From Aplysia californica (lineage: Eukaryota), in assembly GCF_000002075.1 (NCBI RefSeq), contig NW_004797562.1:285901-349900 (forward strand): a stretch of 64,000 bases of DNA, written 5' to 3'. Under the pieces are notes generated by a model, which ran no database searches, was not told the DNA's origin, and was given only the letters and a program-made list of their open reading frames with translations. The position numbers and the translations under genes were made by a program. Below, piece after piece: positions 10,701 to 22,700 of the stretch (position 1 is the first letter of the stretch; each line of letters starts with the position of its first letter).

Positions 10701-13700
10701 AGGGGGAGACATGGTGGAGTTGGTGCCATGCCGTGACTAGATTGACCAATCAGCGCTTGGGTCAAGCCACTCGCGCGCACTCACTGGCTTTGCGGTGGAA
10801 AAATCCGGTAGAAACTTTCAGTTGACTAAATGAGCCGGGAGGGAGAGGAGAGAGAGCGCGCCGCCGCCGCGCAGCGGCCAAGGAAGAACAGTGGACCAGC
10901 GCATGGCATCACACGATGCCCAAAAGTAGTTCTGGCCCCCCTCAACGGTGGGTCCACCAAAGTTCAATCTTACCAAAATAAGTGAAAGGACGGCAATTAG
11001 TAGGACCGGTTAGGCCTACTTTTTTAGTTATTGATGGTTTGGTATTTTTTGTAGGCTGCTAAGCTACTTATGACTTATGGACGCGTCTCAAGCTTTAAAC
11101 ATTCTAAAGCTTTTACTTTTATTTTCTTATTCATTTTTATCTGCTTTACACAAATTTTGACTTTCTATCCATCTCAGATTGTTAGTTATGAGATTATGGA
11201 TATTTTTATAGGTAGTGTCAATTGCCACCGAGTGGAGCGGTGTCAAGTCTGAAAACGTTTTATATATATATATATATTTTTTAATGGTAGTGTCAATTGC
11301 CACCACAAAAATTGACTTTTTGTCAATTGCCACCGAGTAAATTGGAGCTCTTTTGCATTGGTGGGTAGATCTAGCTTATTGTGCTCGAGTGTTCGGTGTT
11401 GTGCGTTCGCCTCTCTGTCCCTCTGTGTGTGTGTGTGTATGTGTGTGTGTCTTTTCTGCTTGAGTTTGTGACCTTTTACTTCTAGAATTGCTTGTGTTGG
11501 TTCTACACCAAAGTGTAGGCTAAGGCTAGCCTAGATCTAGGCCTACGTCTCATTGAAAACACGTCAAGTTGGTACCTTAGCTCTAGAATCTAGACTAGAT
11601 GCTCGTCCAATGAAATTAGTTGAGAACAAATTGACCCATTAGACACACATTATGTATAAATGCTAAAGATAGTGTTGTTTTCAGACTTGACACCGCGTCA
11701 CTAGGTGGCAATTGATGCTACCTTCTTAAATAACGTTCTGTTCAAAATGTGTTACGAACACATGAATAAGTTATAAATAGATCTGTCCCCGTCTCATCAT
11801 AAGTTGATGTCAAAACGAGTAGTTGACTGTTACACGCATTCCATGGTTCGGAAGGAAATGTAGGTCAATTTCCAAATGTTTAGCACTCAAATTCTTCTTT
11901 TTACCTGCACAAGGGTATTTAAAAGTATGTATAAACTTATTTTTATCAGGTAATATGATCGCGTTGAAGCACAATGAAAGGGGGCTATCCCGAAAAATGC
12001 TGTGTTGAGAAAATGAAAGGTAAAGTTTTTACCCCTTGTTCTATTTCTTTAAAAGACAAGGAGAGTTTTCTCTATAACCAAACAAATACACACGCCAATG
12101 AAACCAAACTTCTCCTATAGGTAGGACACTGCCCACTTTTGGTGTATGTAAAGATTTCTGGAAACCCCCGAAATCTGGGTTAGCCCGCTTGTCCTTAAAA
12201 GCGGCCATATCATTTTGCATAAAAATTCAAGCTCAATTGAAAGATTTTGTACTGTAAAATGGAAGTTTTGTTTCCTGGCTATCCTTTCGAGCTCCTCATG
12301 TCTAAGTGGGTCAGTTTGTTCTCTAATTTCATTGGACGAACATCTAGAGCTACCAACTTGGCGTGTTTTGAATGAGACATGGCTAGCCTACGCGTCGATG
12401 TCATACAATGTAGAACCAACACAGGCGATTCTAGAAGTAGGCCACAAACTCAAGCAGACTGACGCACACACACTTGAGCTGCGGGAATAGGGGACCCGGT
12501 CATCACATGGTATAATGCTTGGCGCGTGTGTGCTGAGCAAGGGGCGGACTGATATGGGACCGGATGGAAGGCGAGGTGCCGANNNNNNNNNNNNNNNNNN
12601 NNNNNNNNNNNNNNNNNNNNNNNNNNNNNNNNNNNNNNNNNNNNNNNNNNNNNNNNNNNNNNNNNNNNNNNNNNNNNNNNNNCAACTCACGGGCTTTGCG
12701 GTGGAAAAATCCGGTAGAAACTTTCAGTTGACTAAATGAGCCCGATGTGAGAGGATGCAGGCAAGAGAGGGAGAGGAGAGAGAGCGCGCCGTGGCGGCCG
12801 CAAGGCCGCGCAGCGGCCAAGGAAGAACAGTGGACCAGCGCATGGCATCACACGACGCCCAAAAGTAGTTCCGGCCCCCCTCAATGGTGGGTCCACCAAA
12901 GTTCAATCTTACCACTAGATGATACTAAATCTAGATTTAGATCTATGTAGTGGTGTGGCAGTCGTTGACAGATCTATATCTAGATTTAAATCTAGTAATT
13001 TTTTATAATAATTCATTGACTTGAGACTTAGAAATTGAAAGAGTAAGACTAGGCTATATTTTCAAGACCATTACTGTTACATGGTACTATCCCGTCCATA
13101 CTATACTGAGCCTGAGGTTTATACTCAGATTACCCTCACTCGTAAAAAGATGGACTAATCTAAAGTTTTGTAGATTCTAGATCTAGATCTAGATCTAAAA
13201 ATCTATTTATGGAAGGACTTCCGTTTCGAGCGACCACCCCAAACAAACACAATATAGAAGAGACGTTACCCTAACCCAACCCCTAACCTCACCTCTACCC
13301 CTACCCCAAACTTTACCCCTACCCCTAACCCTACCTCTACCCCAAATCCTAACCCACTTTTTTACTCTGTTTCATAGTTGTAGCACGTGACGGATTCCTC
13401 CTGAGAATAATAGATCTATGTATTCTCACCCCGGGTGAGAATACTCACACCTTAAAAAAGTGACCTAACTCTAACCCTTACCCTAACCCTAACCTTATGC
13501 CTACCCCGACCCCATGCCCTCTATTCTACTCTTGTCTCATAATGGTCGCTCATTACACGGCGTCACTTTTCACCCGATTCTGTTACCTTTAGTTAGCATG
13601 ACTAAGCTGCCGGCCGGAGCTCCCCGGCTCGGGGTCACGGGGTTAATGAGCCCTGAAGCGACTTTGCCGCGGTGTCGGTTAGGAAGTTCGCATTTTTTAC

Positions 13701-16700
13701 TATGTTTAAAACGATATAACTTCTTCCCCATAACACACAGCAAACCTTTATGCGGATGTACTAAAAGCTCAATGTCTTGAGATTTATTCTGCGTTAGAAT
13801 GGTTAATTTCTCTGCCTTCGTTTTTGTTCTACACGAGTGTTTGTAGAGTACCCAATTTGTCCTATTTTAGTTACAAACTCATGAATAAATGATTGCTAAT
13901 TTTAAAAAGGCACGACAGATCTCTCAAAAATCTGTGTTAAACTGACTACGAATATCATGTCTTTTACCAAGAGAAATCTTAAATCTGCGCTAGTAGTAAT
14001 AGTCAAGTAAGAGAAGAAAGATGCACATCTGCATTTTTTAAGTAAAGACGATCAGCGTTAGCTCTTCTTTTACTATTAAACAAGAGAAAGTTACTCTGTG
14101 GTTGTTCATGAATCATGCTGTGTCTGTGACAGCCTGCATACAACTAAAAAGAAAATATAAGCGATTAAGAAAACCTACAAAACCGTGTAAATACATGAGT
14201 AGAGATAAACCTCTTGTATGGAATAATAATAATGCCAGCTAACACATTCTTTCTTAGTTTTTGTGTCGGAAGTATGCGCGGACACAATTATGAATGTAAA
14301 GAAATCAGTCACATGGTCAGTTATTGCAAATGGTCATAGAAAATAAAAATAGAGCTGGAGAAGTCTGGTGCTGATTCAGTGTCACTGGGAAGCTAGAAAT
14401 TATTCTTATAAAACCCAATTACGAGAAGTCGAAGTCATCCCTATTATTCACTCAACTTAGAAAACCTAGACTTAGTGTTTTAAGAAAAGTAAGGAATTTC
14501 TGGAGTGTAACAGATACTGTTCGCGTATTACGTTGAAGATGTATTCTGGCACTAAAATCGATTTGTACTTTTCATAGAAAAACTTCATGGTAACTTTTAT
14601 AAACTTTCAAGAAAATATGGGAATATATATTCACAATTATCATTATATTAGACACATAAAGTTGTATTTGGAGGGATTACTTCATAGCGAATTGTGTGCC
14701 TAGTGGATAAAGTTGCAAAATTACAGCTTTCTATTATATGCGCAGATACCATCTTTTCTGAGTATCTGCACCAATGCTATGTCGTTCATGTTCTTAAAGT
14801 TCAACAGATTTTGTCGAGGCTTTTATTTAATATTGATTTTTTTAAATTCACGCTAGTCCCAAAAAAATTACAATTTAGCATTGCCGACTCCAGCGCTTCT
14901 AACAAAATAACCAGACAAGTTACAATGTCCGTTGTTTTTTGGGGTCTCAAAAGCAGAAATCCATGCTTTGAGTGCATTGAATGAGAATTACCATAAATAC
15001 AAAGATACACCTAAAATTGTACGTTGAAAAGTACCAAAAATTAAGTCGGCCCAGACAGGGAGCTGAGCCCCGTGACCCCGACGTGATATGGCGCCCAGTG
15101 GGGAACCCCCCGCGGCAACTAAAATTCCACTACCTGTGCGCCGTGGTTGGGGAAGTCCTCTTCTCTTTATATTATTAAATGAGCGGAGAGGTTTCGGTTT
15201 CATTTCAGTTTCAGAAGATCAGAGGAAAGATAAACATGGGAAGTACAGTTGTACTATAACTCACTGTGATACAACTGACTATGGTTTACAACACAACCTT
15301 CATGGGACCAGGGAATCTAGCAGATTTCATTAATCATTTGCTACGCCAAGCCATGTGCAGCGGCGCGGCAAAAGTGACTTCACTATAGCAAGCCGCCCCC
15401 AATGGCTTCAGAACCAACCTATAATTCTAGCCTTGGTTCTATTCCCAATCCACATTTATCCATGTTAAATTAAAGATCATAATATAATGTTGACTTCTGG
15501 GTGAAGCATTTCTACGGAAAATCCTAAATTTTTATTCAGTTTTGAAACCTGAATTAGAAGTTTTCGCAATACCCAAATTAGGCCTATAGCACTATAGCCC
15601 AGATACCAGTCTTAGTACTTTTAGAAAACAAAATGTATCATTATTTTGTTTATTAAAGAAATATAGGGCTCTTCTGTGGGATATTGATAGGCCTACTATC
15701 TTTGTAAAATGGACTCAAATTGTCATCGCTCTGTTATTGAGAAATCAATATGTTTCAGTGCTAGAGATTCTAGATTATATCTAGATCTAAATTATCAAGA
15801 GAAAAAAATTTCTTCCCAAAATCACTATTTTTTAAAGTAAAATAATACAAAAAATACCACTGTAGACAGGTGTAGTTTTATTCCAAATGCAATATGTGGG
15901 AGGTGGAAACAGGACAAAATAGGGGATAGCTGGGTCTGGGTGAAGTACGGTGTGACTCTGGTTTGCGGGACATGGTCTATTTGGCCTATTTAATTGAAGC
16001 AAGTGGCTATTCTCCTGCGTCACTCCGGTTAATACTTCGATGGCTTTTCTCTGGCATCACGTATAGTTGCCCATGTAGCTTCTCCGCAGCTTTCCATCTC
16101 TCCTGTAGGCATGTTATAATGGCCATTATGGTTGCAACTGAGTTCAGTGCCAGATGCACCTTCTTGTATTTCTGGTAATGACTGAGGGTTGTTAATGCTT
16201 CTGACTGCATGTCCACCTATGGTGAACCACATTCTGAAGAAATGCAGACGCTGACGAGTGTTTGTGTAAGGCCATAACATGCCGACAGGGGAGATGGAAA
16301 GCTCTGGAGAAGGGGAATGTGCAATTATACGGTGGAGAGTAGCCACTTACTTAATTGAATGCATGCTGTGTGATGTGTATTGACAATGGTAAACAATAGT
16401 GAGCTTAAAAAAGTAAAGATGGAAAACCTGCTGGGAGGTGTAGGATGATGAAACTTCTCAGATTTTGCTTGTTGTGTCAAACAGATCTCAGGGACTTTTT
16501 TATATCGTGTTAAGGGAAGCTGCAATGCATACAATAAAGAGGGGGGGGAACTTGGATTTGAAATCCATTCATATTAACATTAATTTCATGTTTAATGGAT
16601 TGGAATTTAACAGAATATACTGTAATTGGCTGCATTCACATCTTTTCTATGCATACGGAGCTGTAATTAGCCATATCTGAGAACTGTTTCGTACTACGTG

Positions 16701-19700
16701 TATTTATTTATTTTGTGTGTCATTTTGGTCTTGTTAGGCCAAAAGAAATATATATATCACGTCACAAATTAGTTATTCTTGGCAAAAGCTAAATTAGACA
16801 AACGAGGATTTACCAAGCTGGAGGACCAGTAATCAACTCAAAGTGTAAGAGTTTTTAATGTTTTATTGTAACTCATTTTGAGATGGACAGTAGTTTCCTC
16901 TTGAGATCCCAGATTTGGTAATCGGGGGAAAAAACCAGAATGTTTTAAACTATTTCTACCATCTCTGCTGGAAGTTTTAGCAGAAAGTTCATTCTGAATG
17001 GATTCGAGAGTTGAACAGAATGTGTCACGACACGTCTGAATCAGGCTCTCGTCAATTATTGGGCATATATGTACGGAGTTACTGGTATCATCTTAAATCT
17101 TGTTCATTTGTCTTACATTTAATTAAAAGGAATACCCAGCTGTCTTGAATAGACGTTGACATAAAGTTATTGAAGGAGGTGGGTTTGCCTGATGTCAGAG
17201 GTAAATTTAATGAGGAAATGGCTGGGTTTTTAAAAAAAAGTAAATTCCACACTGAAATGTGTTTTTAAATGGACAAAAAGTGTTAACCCAATTCTTTAAA
17301 AAGCTTGATAAAAATATGCCATAGGCAGAAAAATGTTAGTTTCTTTGATTTCATTATCTTGATGAGCGCCTGATTCCGTCACTATGCCATGCATAAAATG
17401 CAGCTGTTTCATTCTCATCTTTACTATTCCATTTCAAATTTCAATTCTTCCTTCAGTATCAATGTTCACAATCTTCACCCCCTCCTCCAATTGCTTTAAA
17501 AAATGAGGTAACAGCTTTAGAGAAAACAAGCAGCAGTAGATGTTCACATATCATTTGTCGGACATGACATTGTACTCTTAATTTCTGTTCCTAGGAAGCT
17601 GGAAGAATCAAGTTCGAATTATTTGCCGATGTTGTTCCAAAAACAGCCGAAAATTTCAGGTAAGCTGTTTGAACAGTTGTTAAAAAAGATATGCGGAAGA
17701 ATCAGCTTTTTTTTAAAACTTATTGTTGATTGATTTTGATTCAATTTTTTAATTTTTTTTTTTTTTTTTTTTTTTGGAGGGGGTGGGAGTTAAATGAAAC
17801 TATAAAGTTATTTTGTTGAAGAGTCTGTTAATTTCTGGATCTTGAAGTCTTTCTGGGTATTATGGGTAAGCTGGTATCGATGGGTTAAAGGGGAATTCGA
17901 TGGGTTTTCATATGGGGATTTTGGGGACACAGAAACTCAGACTCGTGATATTATGATGTAAAAGGGATTGTTGGTTGGCTTTATCTTTCCCCATCTCTCA
18001 TGTGTCTTTTATTTTCAGCGATGAGGTTATGACAGAAGGGATATGTGTCCAAAAACAGCAGTTGGTTAATGTTAGTAAAGAAGTACAGGTACTACCAAAG
18101 TACAGTCAAACTAACCTTAGCAGTAACATCTCCATACCTGTTGCATTTACCAACAGCCACTGTTCCATAACACCCATGCATTTTTCCTATATTGTAAACC
18201 TATCCATGGTTGTCCTTGTCCAACGTGGCCACAATCAGTCATTTACGTGACAAATCGGCCTCAAAACCTGCCCATAGCGGTCACTTACTACAAAAGTTTT
18301 CTGTCAAACTGTCCTTAGACTGAGTGTATGCATTTAACTGATTCAAAGAGGCTCTATTGATAGATAACAGTTTTGATGGAAATGAAACAAAATAAAAATA
18401 ACATTTCAGATATTAAACCATCTTTTGACTTTGTCAAGACTGATAAGTGAACATTGCACAGACCATCCAAAGAGACCACCTGTCTATAGTATTAATTTTT
18501 CTCTGTGATATTGAGTGATCATTATGGACAGGTTCAACTGTATTCATGTACTCAGTTGACCAACTCGATTTAACAATAGAGCAAATGCTGTGTGCATGTA
18601 TTTTTGTATATATTTTTCTTGTAGACAATTTTGCACTGGAGAGTACAAGAAAGATGGAAAGCCAATAGGTTACAAGGGGGCCACATTCCACAGGTAAGTG
18701 GACATTTCGCTTGTCTTTTTGTTCATATTTGAATTATGCAGTGGAGTCAGCTTAAACCAATATCTGCAGGATTGCCAGATTTATTTTGGTTTTTAACCCT
18801 TCCAGCCCCATGCGCATATATTTTCATCAACGCTTGTATCTCCCGCTGTTCCAAGAGCATATATTCTCAGTTTCTGGTGGTACCGAATTTGCACATTTTT
18901 CAAAATTAGCGAACCTAATTAAGATTTAATTTTCATAATATGTATTCATTTACCTTTAAACACTGTTATATGTTATTATCTAAACCTCTTTACAAAGATA
19001 CATCACTTTTTAGAATGCATGCTTCTTTTTCTGAAATACCGCTGTATTGGCTGGGACTTGGATTAGGGAGTGCACAAAAATGGCTGGTGCTCAAAGGGTA
19101 AAGGTTGCTCATATACAAGAGAAATTTTTTTTTGGTCAGTTTATCACAGTTTTTGGATTAACCGTGTTCAGTTTAAAGCAGACTCCATGATATTAACTAA
19201 TAAAGAATGTATTGCCATATCATATGACATGAAATGTTATTTTGTATGTCATGTTTCTCTGCTTGATGGGTGCTCTGCTAGTGTTGAATTATCTGACTTA
19301 TTCGTGCTGTGTGAGTTTCCTGTTTTTTTCTGACTTTTGTCATTCATATTGAGTTAATGTCAGGAATGAGACTGATCCCTGATAGTATTTCTGTTCTTTG
19401 GTTGATTATGTTTGTTTCCTAAATAATACAATGTATGAATGAAGGATCTTCTTTTTTTTTTAAGTTAGTGTTTTTCAACATTTGTCCCACATGTGGACGA
19501 TGTGTCTCTTGTTACAAATTGTAGCCTTTTGTATATTTTTTCAAAAGATTACATTGTTAAGTTCAAAATAATTTGACTCCTAATTGTGTTTAGATTTAAG
19601 GTCTGGTTAGAAAATCCTATTAAAATAAATGAACCTGTACCTATTATCTGTATGATTAAGTAGTCAGAGACTGACCTGTAGAGTGAATAATGATGATGGA

Positions 19701-22700
19701 TACTGAATGGAAGGAGTGCTTGTGAAATAATCAGGAATATGACATCACCATGCTGTTTAACTGCTCTAAGCCCAGAAAGCAAAATTTTACAGAAGAGAGA
19801 AAAAAGTGTTTATTTTAAAAAAAATAATAATACCCACACCATGTCCTTTGGTTTGCTTTTATCAACATTTAGAATTTGAATTTCAACCAAATCTTTCTCG
19901 AGCTCATGCAGCCAAAACCACAGATTGAAAAATTGCAATTGAAAAAAAAAAGTCAAAACTTTGGACTTTGTGTGTCAGCACGCCTGTTCGATGATAGGTA
20001 CAGTGTAAAGTAAATGTAATGTTCAGTCTGTCATGTCTTTTGTGTTTTTCAGAGTGATCAAAGATTTTATGGTACAAGGAGGTGACTTTGTCAATGTGAG
20101 TATGTTGCTGGGGTGGGGCNNNNNNNNNNNNNNNNNNNNNNNNNNNNNNNNNNNNNNNNNNNNNNNNNNNNNNNNNNNNNNNNNNNNNNNNNNNNNNNNN
20201 NNNNNNNNNNNNNNNNNNNGTCCGTCATGGTAATTTTTGTATATATTTAATAAAGTTTTAATGTCTGTTCAAATAGGAGGCCAGAATTGTTTTAATTACT
20301 GTCAAAATTGTCCAAGATTGGCCACCCATTGACAAGGAGGAAAGATGCCTTAGACAGTGTCATTGTAATAATAATAATACAGACCAAAAAGATACAAAGA
20401 GGAAAGTGGGAAGTGGCTGTTTGTACAGGTGACTGTCTTGTGCAGGTGGCTGTTAGAGCATGTTCAACTGTGTACAAAATCAGTAAGTGTAGTCTCAGGC
20501 CATGTCAACGAGGTCACCAGGCGTGAACTAAAATCTCGTTGAATCGAGTGTTTGTTGTAGCAAACATAAGGTTTTGTGTAGATAATTACAGGCCTTGAGC
20601 GAGTAGGACGTAATGTATAAAGAGAAGTAACAAGTGGTGCCTGAAGTGTCGGATTATGAGCTTTGCACAAAAAAACAATAAAAGGATTCGTTCAAATGCA
20701 TGCCTGTGTCATCTTGGTTGTTTGCCAAAAAGTTGTGTTGCTCTGTAGAGCTTAGCATGCGGCAACTTAAGATACCATAGACCAGCGCACAATTCATTAC
20801 ATAAATCTACGTCAGGACTAGCTTCATTGTAATAATGATCCGTTGGGGGAGACTGACGCGTTTGTATCTGCGACGTTCCATGCCTGGACCGCTGGTGCCC
20901 TCTGACTCGCACACACAGTGACATGTGTGCAGGCCGCCCATCCGACCCCGACACACACATGCCAACAACACATGTGTTAGTATGAAAGAAGGCCACCGAT
21001 TGGTCGCATGCAGTCGGCTAAGTGAACAATGGTTCACGATGCAGGTAATAGATGGTTTCCGGGAGTAGATAAAGTTCGTTGTGGGAGAAAAATGAGCAAA
21101 GCCACGACTGCGGGGGCTGTTCACCATGGAAGCTACCTCGTTGAATCTGAGCTTGCTGATTTAAGTGCCTGTTGAATCCGGGTTATTTTTATTGATTTTA
21201 AAGAAGGAAAAAAAAGGGGGAATCCATCTCCTCTGGTTGAATCCGAGTTCTCGTTGAATCTGAGTTCCACTGTATCACGTCACACTTGCTAGAAATTAAC
21301 TTTGAAGTCTGGGCCATGCTATCAGTTTGTGCAAAGTGAGCTCTACAATAAGTCTGTTGTTCGCTTTAACTGTTGTATGTGTCTTAAGCATTTAGATTAC
21401 ATTTTATACTTTTATTAAAGTAAATGACTACCAAATTTTGAATAAAATCATGTGTGACAAAATGTCTATCTCCATAATGTACTAATGTCCGTAAATACCC
21501 AGAGCTTGATAGAGTGACTAAAAGTTTTTTGTTTTTTTTCCAGAAGTTAATTTCTTTCTGAGAGACATAGGCTGGTGGGGCACCTAAAAATTGTGATTTT
21601 GGGTGAAATTATAAAAACTGGGAGTATCACTTATTATATTTCCTGGATATTTCCTGAACAATGTCCAAAAACGTATGGAAGCGTTTCTGTACCCTAAAGT
21701 GCTGTTTGAAGGAATTTTAGAGCAAAGAGTAGGGACTTTTTAGAAGAAAATAATTGCCACTCTTTGCACCACTTATATGTGCTTTAGTTTTAGTATAAAA
21801 CCTCCTTTCCATGTCTGCGGTGTTAGTAATATCAAGTAGTTGCCGCGTTTTAGTTTGAAATATGTTGTGAATGTTTTTACTGGAAAGAGAATTATTTTGG
21901 CCTTTTTTTACCTTTATCGGACGTTTTCTCAAAAATGCTGTTTTCACGCACATCATCCCATTTTTCTGCTTTGTTTCAAATTCAATTTTAAAGGTAACTT
22001 TCACAGAATGTTAAAAACGACTAGTTGTTAAAAGTGGTCTGAGGAATTTTTGATTGCATTTGTAGTTTTTTTTATAAATGGCCTCCAAAATCCCGATTTT
22101 TCTTCTTTTTTTTTTTTCACAGCTATACAATAAGCTGATTTTTAGGTACCATAAAATGAAAACTAAAGCATATATTAAAAAATTCCTCAAACTGATTTTT
22201 AGATCTGTACTTTGCCAAATTAAAAGTGTATTTGTTGAAAAACAAGTGAATAAAATGGGATCAGAATAGGTATACAAAATCCAATATGGCCGCCATTTCC
22301 ATGGCAATCGAACCAGATTTACTTTTTTTTAACAATAGATTTTAAATCCCCAATGATACATGATGTCCCACCGCAAATATGAGCTCTCTAGGGTTTGTAA
22401 TAGCCGAGGTAGCCTTCAGGTAGGGCGAGGGATAGATAGACCAGAGTGCTTGCTTTGTCTAGGTGTAGAGAGGAGAAAACCTGTGTGTACATGTGTTGAA
22501 CAGGTTGATAGCATGACCCTTGGCTTCCCCAGGGGGACGGAACTGGAATGACCAGCATCTACGCAGGGCGGCCATTTGCAGATGAGAACTTCAAATTGAG
22601 ACACGAATGCTCGGGTATCTTGTCCATGGTATGTCATTTATTGTTTGAAGCAGTTGCCACAGTGAATTGTTTGTTGCTTTGCTGCCAACCAAAATGTAAA

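Larger units (their letters stand above)
8809..10974 (-). mobile_element. Merlin-superfamily DNA transposon (IS1016/ISXO2-like), full length, in PPIH intron 1
   Basis: About 30-bp TIRs starting GG (ggctggattgaactttggtggacccaccgt / acggtgggtccaccaaagttcaatcttacc), an 8-bp TSD taaataag/aaaataag, an internal transposase ORF and a subterminal tandem repeat. Confidence 0.9.

Noticed and set aside
13267-13515. ACCCTA/CCCTAA runs suggesting an interstitial telomere
   Set aside because: They are degenerate and lie inside family C MITE termini, as at 6740 and 43450.
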